From Chiloscyllium plagiosum (Eukaryota): a stretch of DNA of 34,689 nt. Made by a program: the position numbers and the translations under genes. The stretch is from contig NC_057718.1 in assembly GCF_004010195.1 (NCBI RefSeq), forward strand, positions 42,484,901 through 42,519,589. The letters are read 5' to 3'. Positions 1 through 11,197 of the stretch are shown here, in pieces; the first letter of the stretch is position 1; each line of letters opens with the position of its first letter. The notes beneath the pieces were generated by a model. That model did no database searches and had not been told where the DNA came from. It saw only the letters and a list, made by a program, of their open reading frames with translations.

Positions 1-319
1 TCTTCAAATCATAAATTTGCAATAGTTAATTTTTAATTTTTTCAATTATTTTCTATTTAATATATCTATTTAGGAGTTAATAACTAACATTCAAGTTTTG
101 ATAACCAAATCAGTAATAATTGATACATTGTCTTAAACTGAAAGACAGTAATACTGTTGAACAGTTCTAGTTCATAATTTGCCAATGGTAATATCCAAAC
201 TAGTTCTGTTTGTCTACATTGGGTTAATTTGCTTGTTTGATCATTCTTCAAAATAACATTTAAACATATTTTTAAAGGCATAAATTATTTGTAGATCTTT
301 TACTGAAAAGAAATGCATT

Positions 320-860
320 TTATCAAAGCTTTTCATCTTGCGCTCATCAAGACAATTTGCAAGAATACAAATTTAAGGGGTAAACCAACCTTTATGTTGC
401 ATGAAAACATGAGTGCTGATTGGTTGGCAGGTCAACTCTGCTAGAGGAATTGTCGTGGAGGATACACCCATTAATGTTGATTTGACCGTTAACTGCAAGC
501 TATGATGTCAACAATGAGTCTTGGATTCAACTAGATACGAAGACTTCATATGTGATGTAATTGTAAAATATCAACAATGCAATGAAAATCCCCAATTCAG
601 CATAATATAACACACTAACTCGAGATTATAAGAAATGGAAAAAATTCGATAGGTGTAGCTCATAATGTCCTGAGGTTGTCATTAAAACTCGTCTTTGGGA
701 AAGTACAAAGCCAGCTTCGTTATACATATAAATACCATATAAACTTATACCTTAAGCAACATAAAATTCTGATTAAATCAGGTAAATTGACTCTGATTAG
801 TCATGCCATTGTGGTGAGAAATGAATCAGAGTGGCTATCACCTGTTTTGTTGAGTTAAAG
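320..860 (-). repeat. Left arm of a degenerate inverted repeat pair (probably Penelope-derived terminal repeat), interrupted at about 502-772
   Basis: The reverse complement of 325-500 aligns by eye with 1565-1705 (ttcttgcaaattgtcttgatgagcgcaagatgaaaag vs ttcttgtgaattgtcctgatgagtgaaaaatgaaaaag). 773-825 aligns with the reverse complement of 1495-1553. Confidence 0.6.
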
Positions 861-1384
861 CAGGCTCAACGTGAGTACCTGCTCTTACTGTCTGCATATA
901 AAGTCTATTTACCAGTCTTTGAGATGTGCAGTCAATATCCTTGATATTACCCTGTCACTGAATTTCATATATCCTGTTACCCATTTGAATTACAGGTGGA
1001 ATGTCTTTTTGGCTTGACAGTACTATTCTTTTACTGGACAGTAGGAACTTGAAATGGCTAGTTTCACCTGTTGTCCAAATATTTGTAATTTATTAACCTT
1101 CCACTGTAATATAAAGCAGATGATTTTTGAGGCTAAGAGTGGCCACCTTAGTACTTTTTAGGATAAGATGTTTCCCTTGTACCAAGCAAAGTACTAAGCA
1201 CACCCAACCAGCCCATGCTTGCGCAACTTGCAATGCAGGGCCCAATTCTGCAATCAGACAGTTTTTGCTGGATAATTCTGAATCTGTGTGTGAGGAATTA
1301 TGCTGATAATCAATTTTAAGATTGTCAGTCAAACTCGCAATGTGATACCTTTGGATGCACTTAAAGTGACCCATATTAATACAC

Positions 1385-1470
1385 AGGACCCAGAACATTA
1401 ACTTTTCTTTCTCTCCACATGCTTCCAGACCCTAATGAGTTTTTCCAGCATTTTCTGTTTTTCTTTGTGT
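1385..1470 (+). repeat. Short dispersed repeat (ctctccaca..gct.ccagacc...gagtttttccagcattttctgttt), probably a Penelope-like terminal fragment
   Basis: The same motif recurs at about 3815-3900 (-), 4896-5010 (-), 14095-14255 (+) and 23789-23886 (-). Confidence 0.6.
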
Positions 1471-1489
1471 TTGTACATGTGGTGTGTCT

Positions 1490-1710
1490 CTTTCAGCTTG
1501 TTCATTTGAGAATCATGCCCGGTATTATCAAGAGTCAACATGCCTGATTTAAATTTTAAACAAACCTTGTCAGTTAACAATCAATTGCATTAACGGGTGC
1601 ATTTTTCCTGGCATTGCCTCGAGCAGTCAGCACTCCTGACATGCACTGTTGCTTTCCCTTGAATTGGCATTCTTGTGAATTGTCCTGATGAGTGAAAAAT
1701 GAAAAAGTAA
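1490..1710 (+). repeat. Right arm of the inverted repeat pair, ending in a CTGATGA...GAAA motif
   Basis: Inverted similarity to 320-860. CTGATGA at 1685-1691 and GAAA at 1701-1704. Confidence 0.6.
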
Positions 1711-2257
1711 AATGAAAAAAAAAACTCAAGTTTTGTACTACCAAACAGGTACTTGTCTAACTCTCTAAAAGTTTAATTTACTATTCTAATGCTGTAGTTG
1801 TGTAGCTATTTCCAAACATCATATAAATTTTGACCTTAAGCAATATTAAGTTCTGATGTGGGATTCAAAACTTCACTGATTTTTATGATATGGAACATGT
1901 AGAACAGCTTACAGCTAATTAATGAGTGACCTTACGCTTGGGTTGTTGCCTTCAAGGCATGCTTCCACCTAGTTTAGTTTTTATGCACTTTCTTTAGTAA
2001 ATGTTTCTTTAAACATTTAAGCCGCTTTGGCTTTTCAGTTTAGAGGAGTTAGGATAAATATTGCAAGAGTCTCAAATTGCAGAGTCAGAAAGTAGTCTAT
2101 TCTGACTGTAGTGAAGAAATTTATTTTTTTCCCTTTAGGAGCAGAAACTCAAATATTGCATTACAACTTGCTCTCTGCTTCACATATTCTTTCAGCAGCA
2201 GCAGCGATGAGAATTAGCAGGGTGATCGGAATATGTTCCTACTTCAGGGACTCTGTG

Positions 2258-2477
2258 TGAAATTACTCTACAATGGCCAGTATCGTGTCATCAAGTCACC
2301 TTTTTATTTACACATAGACAATCGTTGACTATAGTACTGCCTCACATTGAGGCAGGCACCAGAGTGTCATTATCCTTTTATATTTCAGCCAGGGCTGTCT
2401 GATTGGACCACATTAACTGCCCCAATCAGAACTCATTCAATGAGGTGCAGCTGGCTGGCCTTATGACAATTTCTGCA
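2258..2477 (-). mobile_element. Probable solo LTR
   Basis: On the minus strand it begins TG and ends CA, with ordered CCAAT boxes (ctgattgg/ccaatcag), TATAAAAG and AATAAA within about 220 bp. No clear target-site duplication remains. Confidence 0.55.
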
Positions 2478-3419
2478 TCATCTAATGTATTTGCAGGTCG
2501 GGCATAGCATGATCATATGAATAATGCAGGTATCTATGCACTTTCCCAACTATGTGTTTTGATGACAACATCAGGACATTAGTAGCTACACCAATTGAAC
2601 ATTTTCCATTTCTTGCAATCTCTTCTGTTAGTGTGTTATGTTATGAATTCTGGATTTTCATTGCATTGATGATATTTTACAATTACATATCATATAAAGT
2701 GTATGTATCTAGCTGAATCTAAGATTCATTGTTGATATCACAGCTTGCAATTTCATCCTGGTATCTAGTCTGCATGTTGACTGGCTTACAAATTTGAATG
2801 CAGCTAGGACAAGAAGCAGAATGAAAATGTTTTAAACCAGAGGATAAATGAAAACTCTCTTTAAAAGAAGTGCCTTAGGACAAAGGTGTAAGGAGTGAAA
2901 TTTTGGAGATCAACAGGGGAGATGTGGCATCAATGAGGGAGCAATGTAAGTACAGATCAGACCAAATAAGTAGCAAAGTAAAAGGGCAAGAGGATTGTAA
3001 GAAATGATAGAGCAGGCTCGGTGAATTTATTCAGTGAAATTCCATAGTTGAAATGGATGAACTTGGTTCTTCTGCAACCACTTTTGTCTCATAATTTTAT
3101 TCCCTCCTGGAGGCACTGCCTCTTGATGGGAACAGTTCACAGATACCCTATTGTTCTTTATTATTGCTCGTATGATTTACATGAGCTTTAACAAAGTGTC
3201 AGTTGCAAGTAAAATCTTAGGAGGAATTTTCCCAGGCAAGGGGATACATGTGTGAGGAGTTTAATTTGCTAAAAGTGACATCATGTTGGAATGTTCATGT
3301 CAAACTGCCTCTCTGGTTTTCACTGTCACAGGATTCAAGGTGATTAGGGAATACTCTTGGATCTATTGGGTCAATAATTAAGATTGTGAAAAAGATCAAT
3401 AAGAACTGTTCAACCTATC

Positions 3420-3617
3420 TTTCAAACCTGACTTGGAAGTTTATCACCATTCCTTCACTGCCACTGGATCAAAATCCTGGAACTCCTTTCCAAACCTATA
3501 CCCCAACATCTGCAGCAGTTTGAGAGGGCACCTCACCACAATCTTCTCCAAGGCAATTAGGGATGGGTAATAAATGCTGGTCTAGCCAGTGGCATCTACA
3601 TTCCTTGAACGATAAAT
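3420..3617 (+). mobile_element. 3' end of LINE family 2 (CR1/L2-group non-LTR element)
   Basis: Tail ggcaattagggatgggtaataaatgctggtctagccag is shared with copies at 18015-18267 and 22790-23350, and in reverse with 15200 and 32790. Confidence 0.7.
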
Positions 3618-4301
3618 AAGTTGGACTGTGACCCTCAAATAATCCTATTGTTTTATCAGGGAATAAGCCCACAAAATTCTGCACCTTGCTTCTGTCCATA
3701 TTGATATTCACTCTTTTATGTATCCTGCTAGGTGCTGTTATGATTAAGGCAATATTTTCTTTCCTAGTTCAGAGTCTTGAGGTCAGTTGAGACAACTCAA
3801 ATGATGGAGAAAAGCAAAACAAAAACTAGTTAGTGAAAATCTGAAACAAAAACAGAAGATCTCAGAAACAAGAGAGATCAGTTTGCAGCTGTGAGGGAAC
3901 AGGTATGTGAATATTTATTGTACTGCCTGAGAGCTGCTAACTTTGTGCAGTATAAGCTTATTCTTGCAGCTGCTACTACATAAACCTGATCCACTGGAGC
4001 ACATATTTGAACTGTACCTTTCATTATGACAATAAAAATTTACACATTATTTGGCAGATGGGTCAGGACATCAAACAGCCCATTAACAGACCTCAGTTAT
4101 CTTGTTAATGTTCATACAGTGTAGTCTAAAGGCATATGAAGCATTTTTGAAGAATAAACAAAGGGAGCATCATCATTTTGATATTTTTTTAAAAATCTGC
4201 ATGTGCATTTTAGGATTTTGAGTTTTTTGAAGAGACTTGATGACAACTTTGGAGGAAACCAGTTCAGAGAGTAGCACCGTGCCACCCTCAGTTTTCATTG
4301 A

Positions 4302-4637
4302 GGGTGGCACAGTAGCTCAGTGGTTAGCACTGCTGCCTCACAACACCAGGGATCTGGGTTTGATTCCAGCCTCAGGCGACTGTCTGTCTGTGTGGAGTTT
4401 GCACATTCTCCCCATGTCTGCGTGGGTTTCCTCCGGGTGCTCTGGTTTCCTCCCACAGTCCAAAAATGTGCAGGTCAGGTGAATTGGTCATGCTAAATTG
4501 CCCATAGTGTTAAGTGCATTAGTCGGTGGGTAAAAATCGGGTAGGGGAATGAGTCTGGGTGGGTTCCCCTTCAGAGAGGGTTGATGTGGACTTGTTTGGC
4601 CAAAAGACCTGTTTCCATACTGTAGGGAATCTAATCT
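4302..4637 (+). mobile_element. HE1-type tRNA-derived SINE (V-SINE), full length
   Basis: A box TAGCTCAGTGG, B box GGTTTGATTCC, V-domain-like core gtgtggagtttgcacattctccccatgtctgcgtgggtttcctccgggtgc, and CR1-like tail cctgtttccatactgtagggaatcta. Confidence 0.9.
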
Positions 4638-5649
4638 TAAAAAAAATTGGAAGAAAACAGTAAAGTACACTTGAAAGTGAGACTGCAAGCACTTCAATGA
4701 CTATTGATAGTACTTTACCTTCCTCAAAGATTCAAGTTCAGAAAATCTTAGCTTTCCAATTATCTCAGCAGTGGTGTGATATATAATAAATATTTGTGTA
4801 CATTTTTACAAACAAGGTATCAATTAAAACAAGCAGGTAAAGAATTAAAATTAAATGATTATAACTAGCAAACTGATAATGACTCAATTATCAATTAACA
4901 GAAAAATACTGCAAATGATGGAAAGCTGATCTCGCAAAAGAAAATGCACAAAATAGCAGGTCAGGGAGCATCTGTGGAGAGAAACTGAGATAATGGGTTG
5001 ATTTTTCTGAAAAAATCAGCTAAGTATCAATTTTGGGGAGTTTCATTGAAGAGTTCTCTCTGTCAGCTGGAGCAAGTTATCTCATGCAATTCCCACTGCC
5101 CACCTTCTACATTGCCACACTTATGCTATCTTGCGCTCACCAGTGGGGAGATGCATACTGATTCTAGGACTTGAGGTTTTTTGCTCCTAACACTATACAT
5201 CATGCCCAGTTATGCTCCAGTTCAAATGTTGCCACTCTTCACAGTAGACATAGTCTGAGAGACACAGCAAAGTGTCTCATGGCACATTGGTGCCACAGAT
5301 GACAGTTCCCTGCAAATACGATTTCACATTTTAAAAATATTGTCTCTTCATATCAGCAGCTATCTGTTCAACTATTGTTTTAGCTGCAAATTGAAGCTAT
5401 GTAGGCTAGCCTACTGTTAGTACCGCCACTCTTTCCTTAAAGGCTGATGTAACATAATATCTTTTCACTGTTGAATGTGGGAGTCTGACATTATTAATAT
5501 TAACTTTTAATAAAAAACACAAGTGAGAAATGAACCGACAAAGAAACTGTATGTGCTCCTGGGAGTAAACAAGGGCTGATTGCCTTTAGAGCAACAACAG
5601 ATGTATAGTCAATGAACAATGACTTCATCCAACTCTCATCTGTTGGAAG

Positions 5650-6212
5650 CTGGTGTCAGTTAAGTCCTGGCTAGTTGTTGCACCTATGTTGGATTGCTTT
5701 GCCGTAGTGAAGGTGATGTTTCTCCTGCTCAATGTCCTCATCTTCATTCTTGGACGTTTGCTGCTGCTGTCCCAGCTTGTCAACTCCATCACATTCTCTC
5801 TTTGCCTGTTTCAGTTGTACAGGGCACAGCACCAAAGATTATGTAGCATACACTGCTTGGGAGTGTACTTCAAGGCAACTGTAGACCGATTCAAATATCG
5901 GAACTTTGTCTTGAGGAGGCCTGTCATTTACTCCATGATGGCCCTTGTAGAAGAATGGGCAGCATTGTATCTACATTTGGCGTCAGTCAGGGGTTGCATA
6001 CCAGAATGATCAACCAGCATCGCAGTGGATAGTCCTTGACTCCCACCAGTAATCTTTGTAATGCTTTTGACCCTCAAAATAAAGCAGGAATTTGAGAATT
6101 GTCAATGATATATGCATCATAGCAGTTTCCAGGGTACCTGGTGTGCAATTCTAAGATTGGTACTGATGATCACCAGTGAGTTGTACACTGATCGAGCATA
6201 ACCATTTTATAC
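5650..6212 (-). pseudogene. PIF/Harbinger (HARBI1-like) transposase, C-terminal DDE portion, decayed
   Basis: Minus-strand translation across stops and frameshifts gives SISVQLTGDHQ..TRYPGNCYDAYIIDNSQIP..LLVGVKDYPLRCWL..TDAKCRYNAAHSSTRAIME*MTGLLKTKFRYLNRS..CCALYN. This matches the Harbinger motifs SINVQ / YPGSCHD / LGDKGYP / YN.AH..TR..IE..IG.LK.RFRCL / CC.LHN. Confidence 0.85.
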
Positions 6213-6712
6213 ATTCGTACAGTATGGAAATGGACCCTTCAGTCCAAATAGTCCATGCTGGCCATGTTCCCAAACTAAACTAGTCCCATCTGCCTGGGTT
6301 TGGTCCATATCCCTCCAAAACTTTCCTATTCACATACTTATCAAATTCTTTTAAACATTGTAACTGTACCTGCATCCACCACTCTGTAAAAGGAAAAGTT
6401 GCCACTCATGTCATTTTGAAATCTTTCTCCTTCGCCTTAAAAATATGTCCCCTAGTTTTGAACTCCCTCACCTTAGGGAAAAAACTGTTGCTATTCACTT
6501 TATCTATGCCCCGTATGATTTTATAAACTTCTATAATGTTTATAACCTCTTATGATCCAGTAAACAAAATCCCAGCTAATCTTTATAACTCAAACCCTCC
6601 ATTGGCAGCAACATCTTGGTAGCCTCTCCAGTTTAGTAATACTCTTTCTATAACAGGGTGACCAGAACCGTACACAGTATTCCAGAAGCGGTCCCATCGC
6701 CATCCTGTGCCA
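6213..6712 (-). mobile_element. CR1 (HER1-like) LINE, 3' part of ORF2 plus 3' UTR
   Basis: Colinear with the CR1 at 34048-34689 (cagtatggaaatggacccttcagtccaa...ccatatccctccaaaactttcctattc...acagtattcca). Confidence 0.85.
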
Positions 6713-7048
6713 GATGGCACAGTGACACAGTTGTTAGCACTGCTGTGTCACAGCAACAGGGACCCAGGTTCGATTCCATTCTCAGGTGACAGTCTGTACG
6801 GAGTCTGCACATTTTCCCCATGTCTGCTTGGTTTTCCTCCAGGTGCTTTGGTTTCCTTCCACAGTTGAAAGATTAGCCATGTTAAATTGCCCCATTATGT
6901 CCATGAATTTGCAGGCTAAGTGGATTAGCCATGGGAAATACAGGATACAGGAATAGTATAGGGGATTGGGTCAGGGTGGGATGCTCTTCTGTTGGACAGT
7001 ATTGATGGACTGAATGACCTGCTTCTACACTGTAGGGATTCTGTGAGT
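6713..7048 (+). mobile_element. HE1-type SINE inserted into the CR1 LINE
   Basis: Intact B box GGTTCGATTCC, V-domain core and tail cttctacactgtagggattctgtga. CR1 sequence resumes directly on either side. Confidence 0.9.
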
Positions 7049-7618
7049 CAACCTTAACATGATGTCCAAATTCCTGTACTCAAATGTCTTAGCAGTGAAG
7101 CCAAGTGTGCTAAATGCTGCCTTCACCACTCTGTCTACATATGGTGCAAATTTCAAAGAATTATGTACTAGAACTCCTCGGTGTCTCGGTTCCGCAACAC
7201 TACCAAGGCCCTACCATTGATTGTATAAGTCTTGCCTTGTTTGTTTGACCAAAATGTAATACTGCATATTTATCCAAATTAGACTCCCATCTGCCACTCC
7301 TCAACCCATTGATCCAGTTGATAAAGATCTCTTTGTAATCTGAGATAACCTTCCTCACTGTCTACTATACCACCAAATTTGGTGTCGTCTGCAAAGTTAC
7401 TAATCATGGCTGCTACATTCTCATCCAAATCATTTATATAAATGGCAAACAAAAGTGGATCCAGTACTGATCCCTGTGGAACACCGCTGGTCACAGGCCT
7501 CCAGTCAGAAAAACAACCCTCCACCAGCACCCATTGTCTCCTATCGTAAAGGCAGTTTTGTATCCAACTGGCAACCTTTCCCTGAATCCCATGTAATCTA
7601 ATTTTACTAATTAGTCTA
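7049..7618 (-). mobile_element. CR1 LINE reverse transcriptase fragment (5'-truncated)
   Basis: ORF 7279-7530 contains WRPVTSGVPQGSVLDPLLFAIYINDLD...NFADDTKFGG, the canonical CR1 RT motifs. Confidence 0.92.
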
Positions 7619-8120
7619 TGGTGCTCTCAATGCAATATGTGCATAGTCTACAGCATCCTAAATCTGGGTAAGGCAGCTATGTTGGCAAAACCTACTGTCT
7701 GAGTTGCAACATTGACTTTGCAATGTAGAAATGACATGAAGCAGTGTGAACAGGTACAAATTGCATCAGTAATAACTGCGATAAGTTTGTGGGTTGAGGA
7801 TCAAGAGATGCCACATAGGTCCCAACTAGATTCATGGAAGCAACCAGTCCCATAAAAAAAATTTAGCACAACTCTCACCTTGATGGTCACCACAATGGAT
7901 TGCTGTTCAACTCTTCATGTTGGTCATCCTATTCTAGTAGATGACACAGTTCTGTAACTGTACCCTTGGTCATCCTGATTTGGCAATAGCACCGTGCCTC
8001 ACTCATCTAGAAGAAATGACATTGAGAACAATAGACTCTGTGCTATCTGTACCTTCTCTGCATCCTGAAACGACCTTATGTTGTGACTTCTTCACATGGA
8101 GGCTGTTTGGCAGCTGCAGA
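7619..8120 (-). pseudogene. PIF/Harbinger transposase, N-terminal/HTH portion, decayed
   Basis: Minus-strand translation gives HRVYCSQCHFF*MSEARCYCQIRMTKGTVTELCHLLE..IKVRVVLNFFYGTGCFHESSWDLCGIS*SSTHKLIAVITDAI..GFANIAALPR..DAVDYAHIALRAP. This matches ALNFYASGSFQ..GDL.GISQS and FP.V.G.IDCTHVAL.AP. Confidence 0.85.
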
Positions 8121-8259
8121 GGTGTTTCTCTGATCCTGGGTTTACTGACATCAATTCTTCCTCAATGTCTCTGTGCCTTCATTGTGCAGTGGCCGTATTG
8201 ATGATAAAGCCTCCACTGACCAATGGCATTGATCACTGTTCCAATAAACCAGTGTGGTG

Positions 8260-8590
8260 AATATGAAAAACAAAACTGCTCCTTAGTCACCACAAACATG
8301 GAATATGACAACTCTGATGCGGAGGAGCATGGAGTGCATGTACGTGAACCTTTGACATAAAATCTCATTCTGATGTATGTAGCACAAACCTTGTCATGCA
8401 ATTACAATAGGAGATTGTAACTGCAGAAAGATTATTGAAAGCTTGTTGCTTCTACATCCACTCCAACCCCAACCCCCACATTACCCCAAAAAAGGCACCA
8501 TTGTACATAGGCTATGTTGTCAAATATTTTCAGTTCAATATGAGGTAGAAGCAGCTCCAGGCCTTGGTGCAGTCCATGATGGGAGCTATT
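8260..8590 (+). pseudogene. Possible decayed Myb/SANT-like second gene of the Harbinger element
   Basis: Weak remnants MKNKTAP...LMYVAQTLS...NCRKIIESLL resemble APRFS...W.EVA.EVS...QCRKK.NDL. It lies divergent from the transposase, and Harbingers are known to encode such a partner protein. Confidence 0.35.
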
Positions 8591-10199
8591 TTTCATTTTC
8601 ACTACACATTTGCATTCAGATAAAGATGTAAGGCAACACAGGTTGTTCATCCCAGTGTGAGTGCCAGAATGTCTCTGAAAATCTAGATAACTGTCCCTCC
8701 CAATAAAAAATGAAAACCTTCATGCTCCCTTCTTCTTTACATTCCCTGTTAACCCCATTAGTTCTGAGCTTCCCCACATTCCTACCCATCTCTTTCATTG
8801 AAGTCTTCATCCCCTCACTTTATCTCCTGAGATACAGGTCTATAGCTCAGTTATACTAGCCATCTGCTAACCATCATAGTGCACCTTCCCTCTAAGATGC
8901 CCTCTAGTATGCTGTCATCTCATTCACTTGTCCACAATTATTGTCCTTTCTGCATCCCAGCATGTTGCCTCTAATCCCCACAATTAACTTGCCAAACATG
9001 TCCACCAAAGCAGTAGCCCTGTAACCACCCCTTGATTTTTAATGCACAGGACTTTTCTTCTGACTGACGCTGAATGCCAGCCTGGCTGACGAATGATCAA
9101 CTCGTGACTAATTTCTGTGCAGTTCCGCAACTGACTTACTCCTAATTCCCATCTTGTTGTGCTGCATCTATAGGTCAAGACCCCACTCCACACTGTAATG
9201 ATACCCAGTCTTTAACATGTACACCCAAAGCCAACTGACCATATCTAAGCCCATGGACTGAGATCAGACTTTGATTGCTGTGGTGAAACCCACTGATCAA
9301 GATCCTGTACTAGATTGAGGAATACTACCCTTAGACGTTATGCCGCAGCCATTTGGTTGAAGTGTATTGGGTGTGCTTGTCACATATGCTGCTGGCACAT
9401 GCTGTGGATGTGACATTGATGTAGCCTAGTGTTGTATAATAACATGTCCACACCTTGAATGATCATTGGCCCATATGAAAAGCTACCTGGCTTTGATTCT
9501 GTGCTAACATGTGTGACAAGGCAAGGAATAAGCACTGTGAGCCTTTTCTGAATAAGAGAACAGTGCATAATAATGCTTGGCAAGACCAATGCTGTGAGTT
9601 TCCAAGTAGTCACAAAGTGAGTGAGTGCTAAAAATGCAAGCTATGATCCTGTGATATACTTTGTTCTGATTTGTAAGATAGATATCAGTCCTTGTACACA
9701 CAGTGACCTGGCAGAAGCATTGGGGCTCAATGACATCTTACATTTCAAATTGCAATATTGAAGTGGTGAACCGTAATATTAGCAAGTCAGAAATGTGCTG
9801 CACTGATGTGGTGATGCTGGTGTCTGTCCATTGTCGGCCTCCTTGAATGGAGGGTGCAAGTGATTATTGTATATGAAGTGTGCCCAAAGATGAGGAATTT
9901 TGACCAAAATTGATGGCTAGCGAAGATTTTGGTAGGTTGTAGATGCCAAATACCGATGCAGACTTTCATGTTGAGGATCGACGCAGTGTAGTTGCCTCCC
10001 AGTGAAGCCCAAGTACGTAATAATGTGACGTTGATGCATGTAAATAGGCTCCTCACCACTTACCAGTGAGATTCTCATCTAGATGTGCAAAATGGTTTCT
10101 TTTTCTTAACTTAAAGAATTTTTTCTTGTTCATCCAATATTTTCCCAAATGACTCACCACTGCCCATGTTGTTTGGGAACTGGCAAAATTCTGCCCAAT

Positions 10200-11195
10200 G
10201 TTTCAGATTGATGACTTTCATCGGAACTCAAGAAAGATAGAAATGTAATAGCTGTTCAGCAAATGAAATTGCTAATGTAGGGAGGTAGAACAAAATGGAA
10301 GGTATGTGATAAGTTGGGAAGCAGGAGAAATAAAATTACAGAAGTCTTAAAAGTACAAAAGTCAAAGGGAGTGAACCAAAAAAATTATTTCCTAGGTCTG
10401 ACCTGAATTGCTAAATCCGAATGGAAAGTCAGTAAATAAAGAAACCAGAAAAAAAATGAAACCGTTAAAAGGGAACAAAATGGAGACAGCTGAAATGATC
10501 CAAAATTTGTTGAACTCAGCATTGAGTTCAGAAGGATGTTGAGTGCTGAGTTGAAAGATGGGGTGTTGTTGCTCGAGCTTTCATTAAGATTCATTGAAAG
10601 GCCAAGTGTAGAATGATTGGAGTGGGGGCAAGGTGAACACACATATGTCGAAAGGCAAGAAACTCATGGTAAAAGCCAGTAGAGAATTGAAATACCAATG
10701 GCAAGCACAAAGTAGGTGTAAGGTGGCAAGCTGAAATGACAAGTGACTGGAACTTGGCGTCATGCTTGTGGACAGGACGGAGGTGTTCTGTAAAGCATTG
10801 TCTAGTTTGCAATTGGTGTCCCCTGTATAGAGCAGACTATATTGTAAGCAGTTAGTACACTAGATTAACTAGTGAATAAATAAATTGCTGGTTTGTTCGA
10901 AGAAGTTTTGGAGGCCTTAGATGATTGAACTGCAGTACGTGGATTGAGATTTTTGTCTGCTGAATGAGGAACATTCTTGTTTGAGAAAGAAATGAAAATG
11001 TATCTAAAGTGCTCGTTTGAAAGATTGAATCATTTCAATAGATGATACAGATGGAAGAACTGGGGAATGGAATAATGTCCTCACAGGAAGCGGAGTGTGA
11101 GGAAATAAGTGTGAGTCTTTAGATTTGTAGTGAAATATAATTGGTAACATGTTACCAAAAATAGAGATAGGGATGTCAGGAAGTGCAAAGAAAGA
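10200..11195 (-). mobile_element. Penelope-like element, 3' part: RT C-terminus, GIY-YIG endonuclease and terminal repeat
   Basis: Minus-strand remnants: PDIPISIFGNMLPIIFHYKSKDSH (cf. FLDISIS...HYKPTDSH) and NLVY...LLYTGDTNCKL..FTEHLRPVHKHD (cf. GIY-YIG LLYIGETKR.L..RF.EHL.SV). Confidence 0.8.
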
Positions 11196-11197
11196 GT

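Noticed and set aside
2193..2207. (CAG)4 as a polyQ exon
   Set aside because: It is very short with no supporting ORF or homology. The short (CA)n near 23435 and (GA)n near 23670 are also trivial microsatellites.
4302..4380. tRNA gene (likewise at the other SINE heads)
   Set aside because: The A/B boxes continue into SINE body and tail, and there is no proper cloverleaf.
5653..6009. 118-aa hydrophobic + strand ORF as a membrane protein
   Set aside because: It is the antisense shadow of the decayed Harbinger transposase.
5650..8120. Functional domesticated HARBI1-like gene
   Set aside because: It has multiple stops, frameshifts, altered catalytic motifs and a LINE insertion.
8162..8401. Minus ORF with IRMRFYVKGS resembling Harbinger ALNFYASGS
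   Set aside because: The true motif is already present at about 7850-7880 in colinear context, so this is likely a chance resemblance.
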